Shown: positions 8,399-17,727, numbered from the stretch's first letter. The stretch: 61,753 nt of DNA from a virus (IMGVR_UViG_3300044643_000906:1-61753), one strand, 5' to 3'. The notes: generated by a model from the letters alone, not told the origin. A program made the numbers and translations.

Positions 8399-9944
8399 GA
8401 GACAGCCCTTTCTCTAGCTCGCGCTTGATCGCCTTCACCAGCCACTCGTTGCCCGGCGTCCTCTTCATCCCGCGGACGATGCGTTCCAGTTCCTTGCGGG
8501 GGATGAGCCGGATCGGCTCTCCCTTGAACGGGCCCCACAGCATGCGTGCCTCACGCCTCTTCGGGCTGGCCGCGGTGGGCTTGGCGAATGGGTCGGATGA
8601 GGTGGCGTCGAACGTGATCCCCACCACCAGCTGGCGGCGGCGGTGACGCTCGGCCTCCTGCTCGGCCCGGGCCCGCTCGACCTCCAGCTTCTCCTCAGCT
8701 GCTGCCATGGCGTCGATGTCCTCGACCTTGATCTCGCCTTCCTCGGCGGCAGCCAACAGCTTCTCTCTGTACTTCTTCACCTTCGGGCTCGGGGCCATGA
8801 TGTCGATGGACGAGCACAACTTGTGGAAGCGATGCGTGTCGGTGTAGTCCACGATGGTGGCGTATGGCTTGCTGCTCTTACTGATAGCCAGCTTGCGCAG
8901 GTAGTCAGTCGGCTGGCTGTCAACGGCGGCGTCAGCAGCTGGCCGCAGGATGCGACCGCAGATTTGCATATAGCGTTGGAGTGAGAATGTGGGCCGCAGG
9001 ATATGAACCTCGGCTGCCCTCTGGCTGTCCCACCCAGCCACGAGCGTGGCGACGTTAACCACCATGTCCACCTTGCCCGATTCGAAAGCCTTCATCTCCT
9101 CGGCCTTCTCGCTCAGTGGCATCTTGGAATGGACAAGGCTGGCAGTGATGCCATACCGGGCGATCATGTGCCTGAAGTCGGTGGCATGTGGGATCGAGGA
9201 ACAGAACACAGCAGCTGGCCGGGAGTGGTTCGCTGCCACCATGGCACACTGCTCGTGCAGTGGTCGTTCCTCACGCAGGATTTCACCGGCGCTCTTGCCA
9301 TCGAAGTCGGCCATGCCGTGCCGGATGTCGCCGTAGTCCACCCCCTTCAGGACAACACGCTTGCCGCGGATCGTAACCAGCCAGCCGTGGTCGATGGCCG
9401 GGGCCACGCCGTACTGGATAGGGCAGCGTCCGTAGTAGTCGAGGATGCTAGTGCCGTCGGCACGAGCGTGAGGCGTTGCTGTCAGCCCCACGACCTTCGC
9501 ACCCATGGCCGAGTAGTAATCAAGCAACTCGCGAGTCTTCTCCCCCAGACCCCAGTGGGCCTCGTCCACCATGACCAGATCGGGAGTGAACCGACGGCCA
9601 CGATCCCCGATGGTCAGGGTCTGGAGGGAGCCGACGACACAGTGCTGATCAACGTCGGCCCAGTTGTCGGACTGCTCGATGCCAACATCATGCAGCAGCC
9701 ACTTCTCCATGGAGCGTGCGATCTGGTGGACGAGGTTCACCTGCGGGTCGATGACCAACACTTTCTTGTAGCTATCGGCCAGCATCGCCATGATCAAAGA
9801 CTTGCCCAGCCCCGTCGCCGCCTCGACCACCATGCGGTCGTGAGTCCGCAGGTGATCGAGGACGGCGTTCACGATGGCCGTCTGGATCGGCCGGGGCCGT
9901 GGCCTCGGGTCGTTGAACAGATCGAGCGTGCCGTGCTGGGCCAT
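8391..9944 (-). CDS. SF2 DEAH-box helicase (Res III-like)
   Basis: PRPIQ Q-motif, ATGLGKS, DEAH, TATP, GWD, QICGRILR. Confidence 0.92.
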   Translation of the reverse strand: MAQHGTLDLFNDPRPRPRPIQTAIVNAVLDHLRTHDRMVVEAATGLGKSLIMAMLADSYKKVLVIDPQVNLVHQIARSMEKWLLHDVGIEQSDNWADVDQHCVVGSLQTLTIGDRGRRFTPDLVMVDEAHWGLGEKTRELLDYYSAMGAKVVGLTATPHARADGTSILDYYGRCPIQYGVAPAIDHGWLVTIRGKRVVLKGVDYGDIRHGMADFDGKSAGEILREERPLHEQCAMVAANHSRPAAVFCSSIPHATDFRHMIARYGITASLVHSKMPLSEKAEEMKAFESGKVDMVVNVATLVAGWDSQRAAEVHILRPTFSLQRYMQICGRILRPAADAAVDSQPTDYLRKLAISKSSKPYATIVDYTDTHRFHKLCSSIDIMAPSPKVKKYREKLLAAAEEGEIKVEDIDAMAAAEEKLEVERARAEQEAERHRRRQLVVGITFDATSSDPFAKPTAASPKRREARMLWGPFKGEPIRLIPRKELERIVRGMKRTPGNEWLVKAIKRELEKGLSHG

Positions 9945-10249
9945 CAGGCAACCCTCCCCGGCACCAACACCTTGGTCGGGCAGCGACGAATGCCGATCCT
10001 ACCCACCCACCTGCGGCTCGTTTCCTCCACGCTCCACCCCGCCTGAATCTCCGCGCACCTTGCGGCGATTTCCTCTGGGGTTGGATCGACGTTGCCCTTG
10101 ACGACCCTTACTGTTCGCAGCAGGTTTGCGAACCGGAGGTGCTTGTACACGAGGCTGTAGTGCAGGCCCGCCCTCATCGCCGTGTTCTTCAGCGTCTCGC
10201 CCTTCTGGTAGATCGCCACTGCCTTCTTCAACTTGTCGCTCGTGCTCAT
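9944..10249 (-). CDS. Small HTH-like protein
   Basis: TLKNTAMRAGLHYSLVYKHL followed by DPTPEEIAARCAEIQAGWS. Confidence 0.55.
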   Translation of the reverse strand: MSTSDKLKKAVAIYQKGETLKNTAMRAGLHYSLVYKHLRFANLLRTVRVVKGNVDPTPEEIAARCAEIQAGWSVEETSRRWVGRIGIRRCPTKVLVPGRVA

Positions 10250-10415
10250 CTGCTGGTACTCCTTGCAGAAACTTGGTTACGAAACACATTGCTTGCAGGG
10301 CCCTGACCTCCTCCAAGAGGGCAGGAACATCGACGTTTACGATCTGAGGCATGTTCTCCAGAAACAGGTTGCTGGCCCGCTCCTCGATATCTGCCAGCTG
10401 ACGATCACTCAGCAC
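9999..10415 (-). CDS. Hypothetical protein (3' part overlaps the next gene)
   Basis: GTG start with RBS GGAGG. N-terminal DVPALLEEVRAL helix. Confidence 0.45.
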   Translation of the reverse strand: MLSDRQLADIEERASNLFLENMPQIVNVDVPALLEEVRALQAMCFVTKFLQGVPADEHERQVEEGSGDLPEGRDAEEHGDEGGPALQPRVQAPPVRKPAANSKGRQGQRRSNPRGNRRKVRGDSGGVERGGNEPQVGG

Positions 10416-11076
10416 GCTTCACCTCCGCTATCGGGGCCATGGCTTCCCGCTCCTCCTTCAGCGAGAGCATCTGCTCCTCACTCATCCGGCCAGCTGCAAC
10501 TGAGAGGGCAGCCTTAGCGAGCACGGTGTTGCGATCCTGCTCGGTGCGTGCGTTACGCAGTGCCTGACGTGCCATGCCCACCACCGGGTTCACGGCGGGA
10601 GGGGCGGCGCTCTTCAGGTTGGCACCGTCGAGGTCGCTCTCAGCCGCGATCCCGCAGAGGCAGGCGTAGTCGTTGCGGCGGAAGTACGTCGTCCACGCCA
10701 GCTTGTCCTGCGGCTTGGAGCGGTTGTAGTTCAGCACACTGAACGAGCGTTCGAACTGACCGCTGACGTGACGCAGAGTGGAGACGAGCCATTCCTGATC
10801 CCCGATGATGATGGTCTTCGATGAGAGGTCGAGCCCGTACTTGGGCAGCGACTCACACACCGCATCGATCACCTCGTCAAGCGTGGCGTAGGGGCCAAAG
10901 TTCCCCTTGGCGTTCTTGTGAATCTTCTTGATCTCCGGCCGGGCCTTGCACTTCGCAGCACACAGCAGGTCGGTGAACTCGCTCTCTGCTGCCGGGAGCA
11001 TGGAGGTCTGCCCCTTGAGACGCGGGTCGCGGATTGGTTGGACGGGGACGATATCGAGAACTTCTTGATCAGCCAT
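10405..11076 (-). CDS. erf: ERF-family single-strand annealing protein
   Basis: KNAKGNFG.YATLDEVIDAV...L.KYGL...LRHVSGQ...TY.RR...GIAAESDLDG. Lies downstream of the exonuclease. Confidence 0.8.
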   Translation of the reverse strand: MADQEVLDIVPVQPIRDPRLKGQTSMLPAAESEFTDLLCAAKCKARPEIKKIHKNAKGNFGPYATLDEVIDAVCESLPKYGLDLSSKTIIIGDQEWLVSTLRHVSGQFERSFSVLNYNRSKPQDKLAWTTYFRRNDYACLCGIAAESDLDGANLKSAAPPAVNPVVGMARQALRNARTEQDRNTVLAKAALSVAAGRMSEEQMLSLKEEREAMAPIAEVKRAE

Positions 11077-11602
11077 TGACGCTCTCCTTCTGCTGGTGAA
11101 ACAACTCCCACGAACGTGTCTCTTCCTGTGCCATCTCGGACGCCTTCGCCTGCTGGTAGGCAGCGCCTGCCTCCTCGGCGGTCGCGAAGTACCCGAGATA
11201 CTTCCGACGGCCATGCACGTTGATGACCACCCGGTACGGCTTGTCTCGCTCGATGCTGTCGTAGAGACGCATGTCCTCGACGCCCGCGGGCAAGTGAGCA
11301 CGGTCGGCTAGACGACGCCTGCTGTTGCGATTGCGGATGTTCAACGAGCCCGTGGCCGGGCGAAGGTTGGTGAGGCGGCAGTCCCACTTCACGCCGTTGA
11401 TGTGATCCAGCTGGGCAGCTGAGTTCTCGTGGACGAGAGCCCAGATGAATCGGTGCAGCAGCACCATGCGGTCGTTGATGCGGGTCTGGAGATAGCCCTT
11501 GGCGTGTCTGCACCAGCTGTGCTTGGACACTTCCTCCGCGAACTGCTCGTCCACGAAGAACACCGGGTTGATGCGACCCTGACGATTGAGCCTTCCGATC
11601 AT
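11069..11602 (-). CDS. HNH homing endonuclease with C-terminal AP2 domain
   Basis: LHRFI...DHING.K.D.R..NLR, then Y...I...G...YLGYF.T.EEA..AY. Confidence 0.88.
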   Translation of the reverse strand: MIGRLNRQGRINPVFFVDEQFAEEVSKHSWCRHAKGYLQTRINDRMVLLHRFIWALVHENSAAQLDHINGVKWDCRLTNLRPATGSLNIRNRNSRRRLADRAHLPAGVEDMRLYDSIERDKPYRVVINVHGRRKYLGYFATAEEAGAAYQQAKASEMAQEETRSWELFHQQKESVNG

Positions 11603-12531
11603 GAGTGGAACCTCCGCAGCAGGTAATCGGGCACAGCCAACTCGTGGACTTCCCCGTATCCGGCGGGGAGCCAGTTGTCTGTCTCGGTGCGGATGGCGAT
11701 CTCATCGAGGTCGCGTGTGATCATGTCGTGGCACATGTCCACGACAGGGGCCGGGAGAGTGACGGCCTGCACCTGATAGCTGGGGGTAGTCGAGAGGACG
11801 ATGAACGTCATCGGCCGGTCGGAGATGCCAGCCTCGATTGCACCGCTGCCGTAGAGGGCGGCTTGGTAGTGGTAGCCGTGCTCTATCGCTGGCCCGATCC
11901 ACGACTCCAGAGGGCGAGCCTCGCGGCTCGTCTTCCAATCGATCAGCCTGCCATCACGGGTGACAGCATCGAACCGGCAGCGGAGACGGTGGCCGTCCTC
12001 CCGCTCCCATACCACCGAGAGTTCGTGCTCCTCAATGGACTCGATGATCTCGCGGACAGCGGCGTTGTCCTGAGCCTGCTTCCACAGGCCGGTGATCACG
12101 GCGTCGTCTGCCGGGGTCAGGAGGATGGCGTCCTTGGGCTGGTCGGCCAGCCACGCCCGTGCTTCCTTACCTGAGCTAAGTGTCCCGGTGGCGGTGCAGA
12201 ACTTCTCGGGAACGAGCACTGCCCGACGGCGGAATTCAGGCTCGCCTAGTTCGAAGACTAGGTGGACAAGCGTCCCTCTTGCGAGGGAGTCCGACGCGAA
12301 CGGAGGATGGGAGCGAGCAACGAACTGCTCGTAGTACCACACCGGGCCGTGTCTGCGAAAAGCCCACAGGGGGCTCTTCGACGGCACCGGAAGACTATGG
12401 TACTGGTCGTTAGGCAACCCTCTCAGGACGAGCGGGTAACCAAAAGAAAGCGCGGCTATCTCTTCTGCGAGTGCGCTACGTCCCGAACGTAGCGCTCTAC
12501 CAGACTGAGCTACGCCCCGATCTGGGTGCAT
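11599..12531 (-). CDS. RecE-like PD-(D/E)XK exonuclease (DUF3799-like); start uncertain
   Basis: PNDQYH...SKS...GTLVH...E.SV.W...RCRFD...IDWKTS...YHYQAALY. Possible starts are ATG 12531 (AGGA upstream), a TTG downstream of the tRNA half, or further upstream. Confidence 0.85.
   Translation of the reverse strand: MHPDRGVAQSGRALRSGRSALAEEIAALSFGYPLVLRGLPNDQYHSLPVPSKSPLWAFRRHGPVWYYEQFVARSHPPFASDSLARGTLVHLVFELGEPEFRRRAVLVPEKFCTATGTLSSGKEARAWLADQPKDAILLTPADDAVITGLWKQAQDNAAVREIIESIEEHELSVVWEREDGHRLRCRFDAVTRDGRLIDWKTSREARPLESWIGPAIEHGYHYQAALYGSGAIEAGISDRPMTFIVLSTTPSYQVQAVTLPAPVVDMCHDMITRDLDEIAIRTETDNWLPAGYGEVHELAVPDYLLRRFHS
12476..12519 (-). other. 5' half of tRNA-Pro(CGG), candidate attP core
   Basis: CGGGGCG TA GCTC AGTCTGGTA GAGC G CTACG TTCGGGA CGTAG gives the acceptor 5' strand, D arm and a complete anticodon arm. 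No T arm or 3' acceptor strand follows. About 215 bp from the integrase start. Confidence 0.85.
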
Positions 12532-12557
12532 TATGGCTTCCTGCTCGATTTCCGCAA
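12530..12557 (-). promoter_or_regulatory. Sigma70-like promoter TTGCGG-N16-CATAAT in front of the tRNA half
   Basis: The -10 hexamer ends about 10 nt upstream of tRNA position 1. Confidence 0.55.
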
Positions 12558-12704
12558 CGTCATTCTTCGACGGCGATGATTGTGACGACATTCTGAATTC
12601 CTTGAATTCCTCAGACAGTGGAAGCGGCCCCTTGAAAGGGGGAAACCGGGGGGTTGTTGGTTCCTTCGCAGTGAGTACTCTCTCCACCACTGGCAAGGAT
12701 GTTG

Positions 12705-12718
12705 TGGACGGTTGTACA
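12705..12718. promoter_or_regulatory. Palindromic operator-like box TGGAC-GGTT-GTACA overlapping a possible -10 (TACAGT) of the integrase
   Basis: Immediately upstream of the integrase RBS AAGGAG (12721). Confidence 0.5.
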
Positions 12719-12733
12719 GTAAGGAGCGGATCG

Positions 12734-13579
12734 ATGATAGGGGTCGCTGAAGGGTTTCTTTTGGGTCGAGACGTTAGCTCTGGTTACGCAAGCAACGTCC
12801 GACGAACGGCACGCAAGATGGCGGCGGCGGGAATCACCGCGGCGAACATCGATGGGCCTGTCGTGAACATGTGGCTCTCCTCCTTGACAACCAGTTCAAC
12901 CACCAAAGCATCCGAGCTTTGCACCGCCCTCACCCTGTGGCGCTGGGGCATCGAGGAAGGCGTGATCGTGAATCCCATCAGGCGAGTCAAGAAGATTCGC
13001 AAGACGAGGAAAGTCGTTCGTGCCTTCACTCGCAGCGATCTTACCATGGCTGTCAAGTTTTTCTCAGATGAGAGTTTCGTCCGAGAAAACCATGTGTTTC
13101 AGAAATCCCTGTGTCCAGTGTCCCTTTGGATGGAGGCGTGGACGAGGTTCTGTTATGAGACTGCGGCACGCATGGGTGACGCACACTCACTCCGTGCGGA
13201 AGCACTCGTTCCCGGCGGCGTGGCGTTCGTGGCATCGAAGACCGGGCAGCCGGTGGTCAGGCGGGTGAGCCCGCGAACCAGCGAGCTATTGCAGAAGTTG
13301 GCCGACATGTCACCCGATGGCACGGTGTTCAGCTGGGCAGTGAGTAGGCGATGGGCGTTCGCCAACATCAAGCGGTACTTCGAAATGGCTGGCCTGAAGG
13401 GTGGACGCTCACAGTGGCTGCGCCGTGCAGCCGCCACGCACGCAGAGATGATGCAGGAGGGGGCGGGCTCCAAGCTGCTCGATCACCGTGGCTCTGGTGG
13501 GCCCGAGCTAACCCGCCAGCACTACCTTGATATGAGCCAGCTAATGGAGAGATTGCCGTCTGGCCCGATGCTGGATTGA
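12734..13579 (+). CDS. int: Tyrosine recombinase/integrase
   Basis: Catalytic pattern R (TAARMGD), K (SKTG), WLRR (HxxR variant), LLDH and Y (TRQHY). ATG at 12734 after AAGGAG. Confidence 0.85.
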   Translation: MIGVAEGFLLGRDVSSGYASNVRRTARKMAAAGITAANIDGPVVNMWLSSLTTSSTTKASELCTALTLWRWGIEEGVIVNPIRRVKKIRKTRKVVRAFTRSDLTMAVKFFSDESFVRENHVFQKSLCPVSLWMEAWTRFCYETAARMGDAHSLRAEALVPGGVAFVASKTGQPVVRRVSPRTSELLQKLADMSPDGTVFSWAVSRRWAFANIKRYFEMAGLKGGRSQWLRRAAATHAEMMQEGAGSKLLDHRGSGGPELTRQHYLDMSQLMERLPSGPMLD

Positions 13580-14005
13580 GTTTCGGAATACTCGCTTGCG
13601 TGGCACCAGAAGGGCGCTACAACCGTAGGTGTCGCGGTAGGACTGATGGGCCGCGATCATCGGTGTGCGTGCCATTAGCGGAGGGCCAGCCCAATAAGCT
13701 GGCGAGACGGGAGCCTGACCCACGCATAAGCCCCAGCCCAAAGTCGAGGGGGCAAGTCAGGGTGGCGGTGCCATCGCCACACAGCAGCGACTAGTCACAG
13801 CGGATCGTCACCCGACTGTGGCCGCATGAAACGACGCGGATACCTCAAGAGGCAGCCGGGATCGAGTGCGACAGGGACTCCCTGACAGTGCCCTCAAGGG
13901 TAGGTCAGGAGAGTATCCCTGCGCACTCACTCAGCGTTTCCTAAGAGGCAACTCCGGTGCAGGGGAGACAGTGTTGCAGCTGATAAGAGACTGATAGCAA
14001 AGAGG
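13580..14005 (+). ncRNA. Candidate structured non-coding RNA or origin region
   Basis: No convincing ORF. At least eight stems found by eye, including the 65-nt compound hairpin 13864-13928. Strand is inferred only. Confidence 0.5.
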
Positions 14006-14007
14006 GA

Positions 14008-17000
14008 CTAGAGCCCGAATCGAGCAGCCCTCTTGGCTGCGTCCTTCTTCTGCTTGGCCTCGGCTTGGTTCTTCTTCTGGAGGGCCTGCCGTAGTTCGTA
14101 GTACTGCCTCATTTCAGGCGGCAGCTGCTCGACCTCTTCCTTCGGGATGCTCGTCGTTTCGAACCCCTTCGCCCCCGGGTAGCGCTCGATCTCGGCGTTC
14201 AACTGTCGCAGTGCATCGGCCCTCTGACGCTTCTCATCGATGACCCGCAGCTTGACCGGGCTGAAGGTGTTGAACAGCAGCGTCGAGGCACGGGATGCCA
14301 TAGGTGTGCGTTGGTCGGCCAGCTGGCGACCAGCACTGAGCAGTCGGCCCTGCCCCGGGAAGAGCATGTCGGCACCAGACTGCACCATGGACGGCAGGCG
14401 GAAGTCCTCGTTGCCGGTCCATGCACCGACGATGGTGTCGATCTCGCTGGGCACCTCACCGAGCTTGCGCTTCGTGAACATGTCACGCTGCGTGGCTGCC
14501 TCGATCAGTGTCTTCGGCAGAGGCCCCAGCTGCTGTGCGTAGTTCTGGATCGTGGAGATCATGCTGGCGTTGGGATCGAACTTGCCGCCGGTCTTCGCTA
14601 TCGACACGCGGTTCAACGCGGACAGACCGGGCAGGTCGATGTTGGTGACGGCACGACGCAGGCCGGGGCCGGGCTCTGCCACGTTGCCTAGCCCGAGCGC
14701 TTCGGTCGCAGCACCGAGTTCCTTGGGGAGCAGGAAGCCCGATTGCTCACGCAACGTCTGAGGTACATAGGTGTCGTCGTCTGATTGCTGCGCCTTATCA
14801 GCAACCTTCAGCATCTGGGTGTACGCACCGCCGGGCTTCGACGCCATCTTCTCTGCGGCGTACTTCAGGATGCGGCTCTCATAGGCATAGAAGGGCATCC
14901 ACTTCCTGATCGTCTTCTCGACCTCGGAGAGATTCCCATAGTCAACGTGGGCCGCGATCATGCGGCGCGCCGCTTCCTTCGGGGCGAAACCTTTCTGAAG
15001 CAATGCCATGTAACCACCCATGCGATTGACGCTGTCAGTCCAATCGCCCAGCTTCTCGCCGGTCTTGTACAAGGGGTTCGTGGTGTCTTTGTTTCCGAGC
15101 ACGCCCTTCACGCCGAACGGATTGACGGCCTGCTTGGCAAACTGCCCGTAGGTGCGAGATGGATCGCCAGCGAATGAGCCCGCGATGGACTGCGGCTTGA
15201 ACCCGGGCAGCAGTTCCTTCACTGCTTCGGCCGTGCGGTCGGCGTTAGTGCGATCAATGATTGCACCACCCTTGAGGATGCCTGCCTCTGCGGTGTCAGC
15301 GAGGAACTTGCTAATCAGCTGATCGTCGGACAGCCCAGCCTTAGATGCTGCGGCGTATAGGGGCATCTTCTTGATGTAAGGTAGTACCTTGTCATACTGA
15401 CCATTTAGTAACTTGGCTGCGTGGTATCCGCCCTTCACCGCTTCGGGGCCAGCCTCGATTACATTAGATATAAAGCCGCTAGTAAGATCGCGTGTATACC
15501 TACTCGGCCATGTTAATACACCGGCCTTAAACATCTTCGTGTACTGTTCCACGAGATTGCCGATCTCGCTCACTGCCTTCGGAGCAGCGAACACATCGTG
15601 CATTCGCGTCAGCTGGTTGAGTGTCTCAAGCGGGATCGAGTACTGCGACAGGTCAATCTCGTCGGCGGTGATCCGGCCCTCCGCTCCCTGAAGGCCGGAG
15701 TCGCCCAGTACTTCTGCCATGCGGCTGCGTAGTTCGGCGGCTGCTCCACCGCGAACCTTCGTGCCGTCAGCCAGCACGGTCTTCGGAGACTTCAGTCCAG
15801 CCTTCTGTAGTGCGGAGAGGGCCGAGATGTGCTTGCCGCCTTCCACTTGACCCGGTGTCTGATTGACCAGACGAGAGGCGATGGTGTTGATGAGTTCGTC
15901 TGCGGTGCCGATGGCACGCTTACGTCCGTAGACATATCGGGTGGTGGCTTCCAGCGGGTGGTTGCCGAATACGGGCGAGATGTCTCCGGCGTCTGGCACC
16001 TCAATCTGGTTGAGGAACCGCGCTAGCTGGCGTGCCTTCGCCTTGGAGTATCCCGCCGCGGGAACCGCAGCTGCCTTCTTAGCCGCAGCCGTTGACATTG
16101 CGCCGGATGACCAAGCTGCCGACAAAGCCGCCCGATCCGCAGCCGACTGAGCAGCGGCCTTGCCGACCGGAGAGTCAGCCATCGCCGCATAGTATTTATG
16201 GCTCGGGTCGTTGATGGCTTCGTACAGCTTCTGGGCAACCTCGTCTTCCTTGAATGCATCCCCGAGCCCAACGAAGTCTCTGTCCTGAGAGAACTTCCGC
16301 AGCTGGTCGATTCCGCCGGGCAGCTGGAGAGCCTTCGACCGAGCGAGCATGTCGCCCGTGACGGTGTCGAACAGTGCAGGCTGCCGCGACTTCTTGCCCA
16401 CGACCCGGTCGAGGACGTGCTCTAGCTGGTACGGTCGGTAGCCAGCACCATAGTTGTGCTGCAACTGGTGGGCACGCAGGCCCATCGCCTCGGACTCAGT
16501 GAGAATCTTCGGGGCGAGGTGCCCCCAGCGATCAACGAATGCCCGCACCCCCGGTGTGTTCTCAACGAAGTCGATGTCGGCTGCCGTGGCGGCGTTCTTC
16601 TCAAGGTAGCGGTCGATTGCCTCGCCCGCCTTGGCTGACATAACGTCGTCAATGCCTGTCCTCGATGCGACAGCAGGGTCGATCTTCGCCACCCGCAGCA
16701 TGTCGGCCATCTCTGCCGCCTCACGCCGCCCCTTCGCCTCGCTGATGTCAGCGGTCTGGTTGATTCTGAGTGCTGCCGCCTGAGCCGCGGCGTCTGTCTG
16801 CCCGCCTGCTGCCTTGTTGAACATGGCGTGGGCGTACAGACCGGGCGTAGACCATCGGATGGACTCTCCAAAACGGTCAGCACCACGAGCGAGTGCTTCG
16901 CCAGCAGCAGCACCGAGCGGATCACCGACGATTGAAGCGGAACCGAACCCAAGACCGAACGACTTGCCCAGCGTCTGGTCTTTCACCTGATCGTAGGTCA

Positions 17001-17727
17001 GCTTGTTCTTAGTCAGGTACGCATCCAACTGCTCCTTGAGAGCCTTCTGTGCGTCAGCTGGTGCAGCCTTGAGTGCATCGTCTAGCGTGGTCGTGCGGAG
17101 AGCCTCTCGCTTCCCGACCAGCGGGCGAGTGGTGTGCTCCGCGAAGTCTCGGATGTTCGTCTTGAGTGCGGTGAGCGTCCGTTGTGCCCGGCCCGGCAGC
17201 GTTGGAGTGAGTGCCTCGACCGCGGCGTCATCGAGCCCAGCCCTGAACGGTATCTTGGTGGGGGCGGCAGCCACTGCATCTTCAAGCACCTTGCTCCGCA
17301 GACGCTGGCTGGCGGATACCGTCGCGTTGTCGAGCAGGCCAGCTGCCTTAGCCGCCTTGCCAGCCTTAGTCAGACTAGACCCACCCAGCGTCATGTAGGT
17401 CAGGGGGTCGGTGCCGAGATCGAGGGCCATGCCGGTGACCCACCGGGCAGTGCTGTCGTCCTTCCAGCCAGCTTGATCCAGCAGCTGCTCGCTGGAGACG
17501 CGCTGCTCCGCGTCGAGGGGATTGTTCCACTCGCCGTCTTGGAGATAGTCGATGCCGCTGGCGATCAGTGCTCGCGGGGTGTCGAGCCCCCAGAGAAGAT
17601 TGCTCACTCCCTGACTGCTCTGCTGGCCGAGCTTAGAAAGGAGGCTCCGCTGCACAGGCTCGGGCATAGGCGTGGACGTTCCACGCTGGCGTCGTGCGCC
17701 AAAGCTGGTGCTGGGCCCGAGAGCCAT
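14008..17727 (-). CDS. Large internal virion/ejection-type protein (1239 aa)
   Basis: Size, Ala/Gly-rich helical composition, last gene of the late arm. C-terminal VDYGNLS..EK.IR.WMPFY motif recalled from large polyvalent virion proteins. Confidence 0.7.
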   Translation of the reverse strand: MALGPSTSFGARRQRGTSTPMPEPVQRSLLSKLGQQSSQGVSNLLWGLDTPRALIASGIDYLQDGEWNNPLDAEQRVSSEQLLDQAGWKDDSTARWVTGMALDLGTDPLTYMTLGGSSLTKAGKAAKAAGLLDNATVSASQRLRSKVLEDAVAAAPTKIPFRAGLDDAAVEALTPTLPGRAQRTLTALKTNIRDFAEHTTRPLVGKREALRTTTLDDALKAAPADAQKALKEQLDAYLTKNKLTYDQVKDQTLGKSFGLGFGSASIVGDPLGAAAGEALARGADRFGESIRWSTPGLYAHAMFNKAAGGQTDAAAQAAALRINQTADISEAKGRREAAEMADMLRVAKIDPAVASRTGIDDVMSAKAGEAIDRYLEKNAATAADIDFVENTPGVRAFVDRWGHLAPKILTESEAMGLRAHQLQHNYGAGYRPYQLEHVLDRVVGKKSRQPALFDTVTGDMLARSKALQLPGGIDQLRKFSQDRDFVGLGDAFKEDEVAQKLYEAINDPSHKYYAAMADSPVGKAAAQSAADRAALSAAWSSGAMSTAAAKKAAAVPAAGYSKAKARQLARFLNQIEVPDAGDISPVFGNHPLEATTRYVYGRKRAIGTADELINTIASRLVNQTPGQVEGGKHISALSALQKAGLKSPKTVLADGTKVRGGAAAELRSRMAEVLGDSGLQGAEGRITADEIDLSQYSIPLETLNQLTRMHDVFAAPKAVSEIGNLVEQYTKMFKAGVLTWPSRYTRDLTSGFISNVIEAGPEAVKGGYHAAKLLNGQYDKVLPYIKKMPLYAAASKAGLSDDQLISKFLADTAEAGILKGGAIIDRTNADRTAEAVKELLPGFKPQSIAGSFAGDPSRTYGQFAKQAVNPFGVKGVLGNKDTTNPLYKTGEKLGDWTDSVNRMGGYMALLQKGFAPKEAARRMIAAHVDYGNLSEVEKTIRKWMPFYAYESRILKYAAEKMASKPGGAYTQMLKVADKAQQSDDDTYVPQTLREQSGFLLPKELGAATEALGLGNVAEPGPGLRRAVTNIDLPGLSALNRVSIAKTGGKFDPNASMISTIQNYAQQLGPLPKTLIEAATQRDMFTKRKLGEVPSEIDTIVGAWTGNEDFRLPSMVQSGADMLFPGQGRLLSAGRQLADQRTPMASRASTLLFNTFSPVKLRVIDEKRQRADALRQLNAEIERYPGAKGFETTSIPKEEVEQLPPEMRQYYELRQALQKKNQAEAKQKKDAAKRAARFGL

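Noticed and set aside
9003-10046. Long antisense ORFs (e.g. 9003-10046, 31744-32787, 43484-44419, 57059-58090)
   Set aside because: They are shadow frames opposite well-supported genes in GC-rich DNA, with no motifs or RBS.
12440-12519. Complete tRNA-Pro gene
   Set aside because: No T arm (GTTCRA) or 3' acceptor strand follows the anticodon stem, and I found no matching 3' half elsewhere.
12533-12733. N-terminal extensions of the integrase (from 12533) and exonuclease (to 12696) in the ORF track
   Set aside because: They overlap each other across a divergent control region. The integrase has a clear RBS before ATG 12734.
13576-13794. 72-aa and 66-aa ORFs in the structured intergenic region
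   Set aside because: No RBS, non-ATG or weak starts and no protein-like features. Base-pairing explains the region better.
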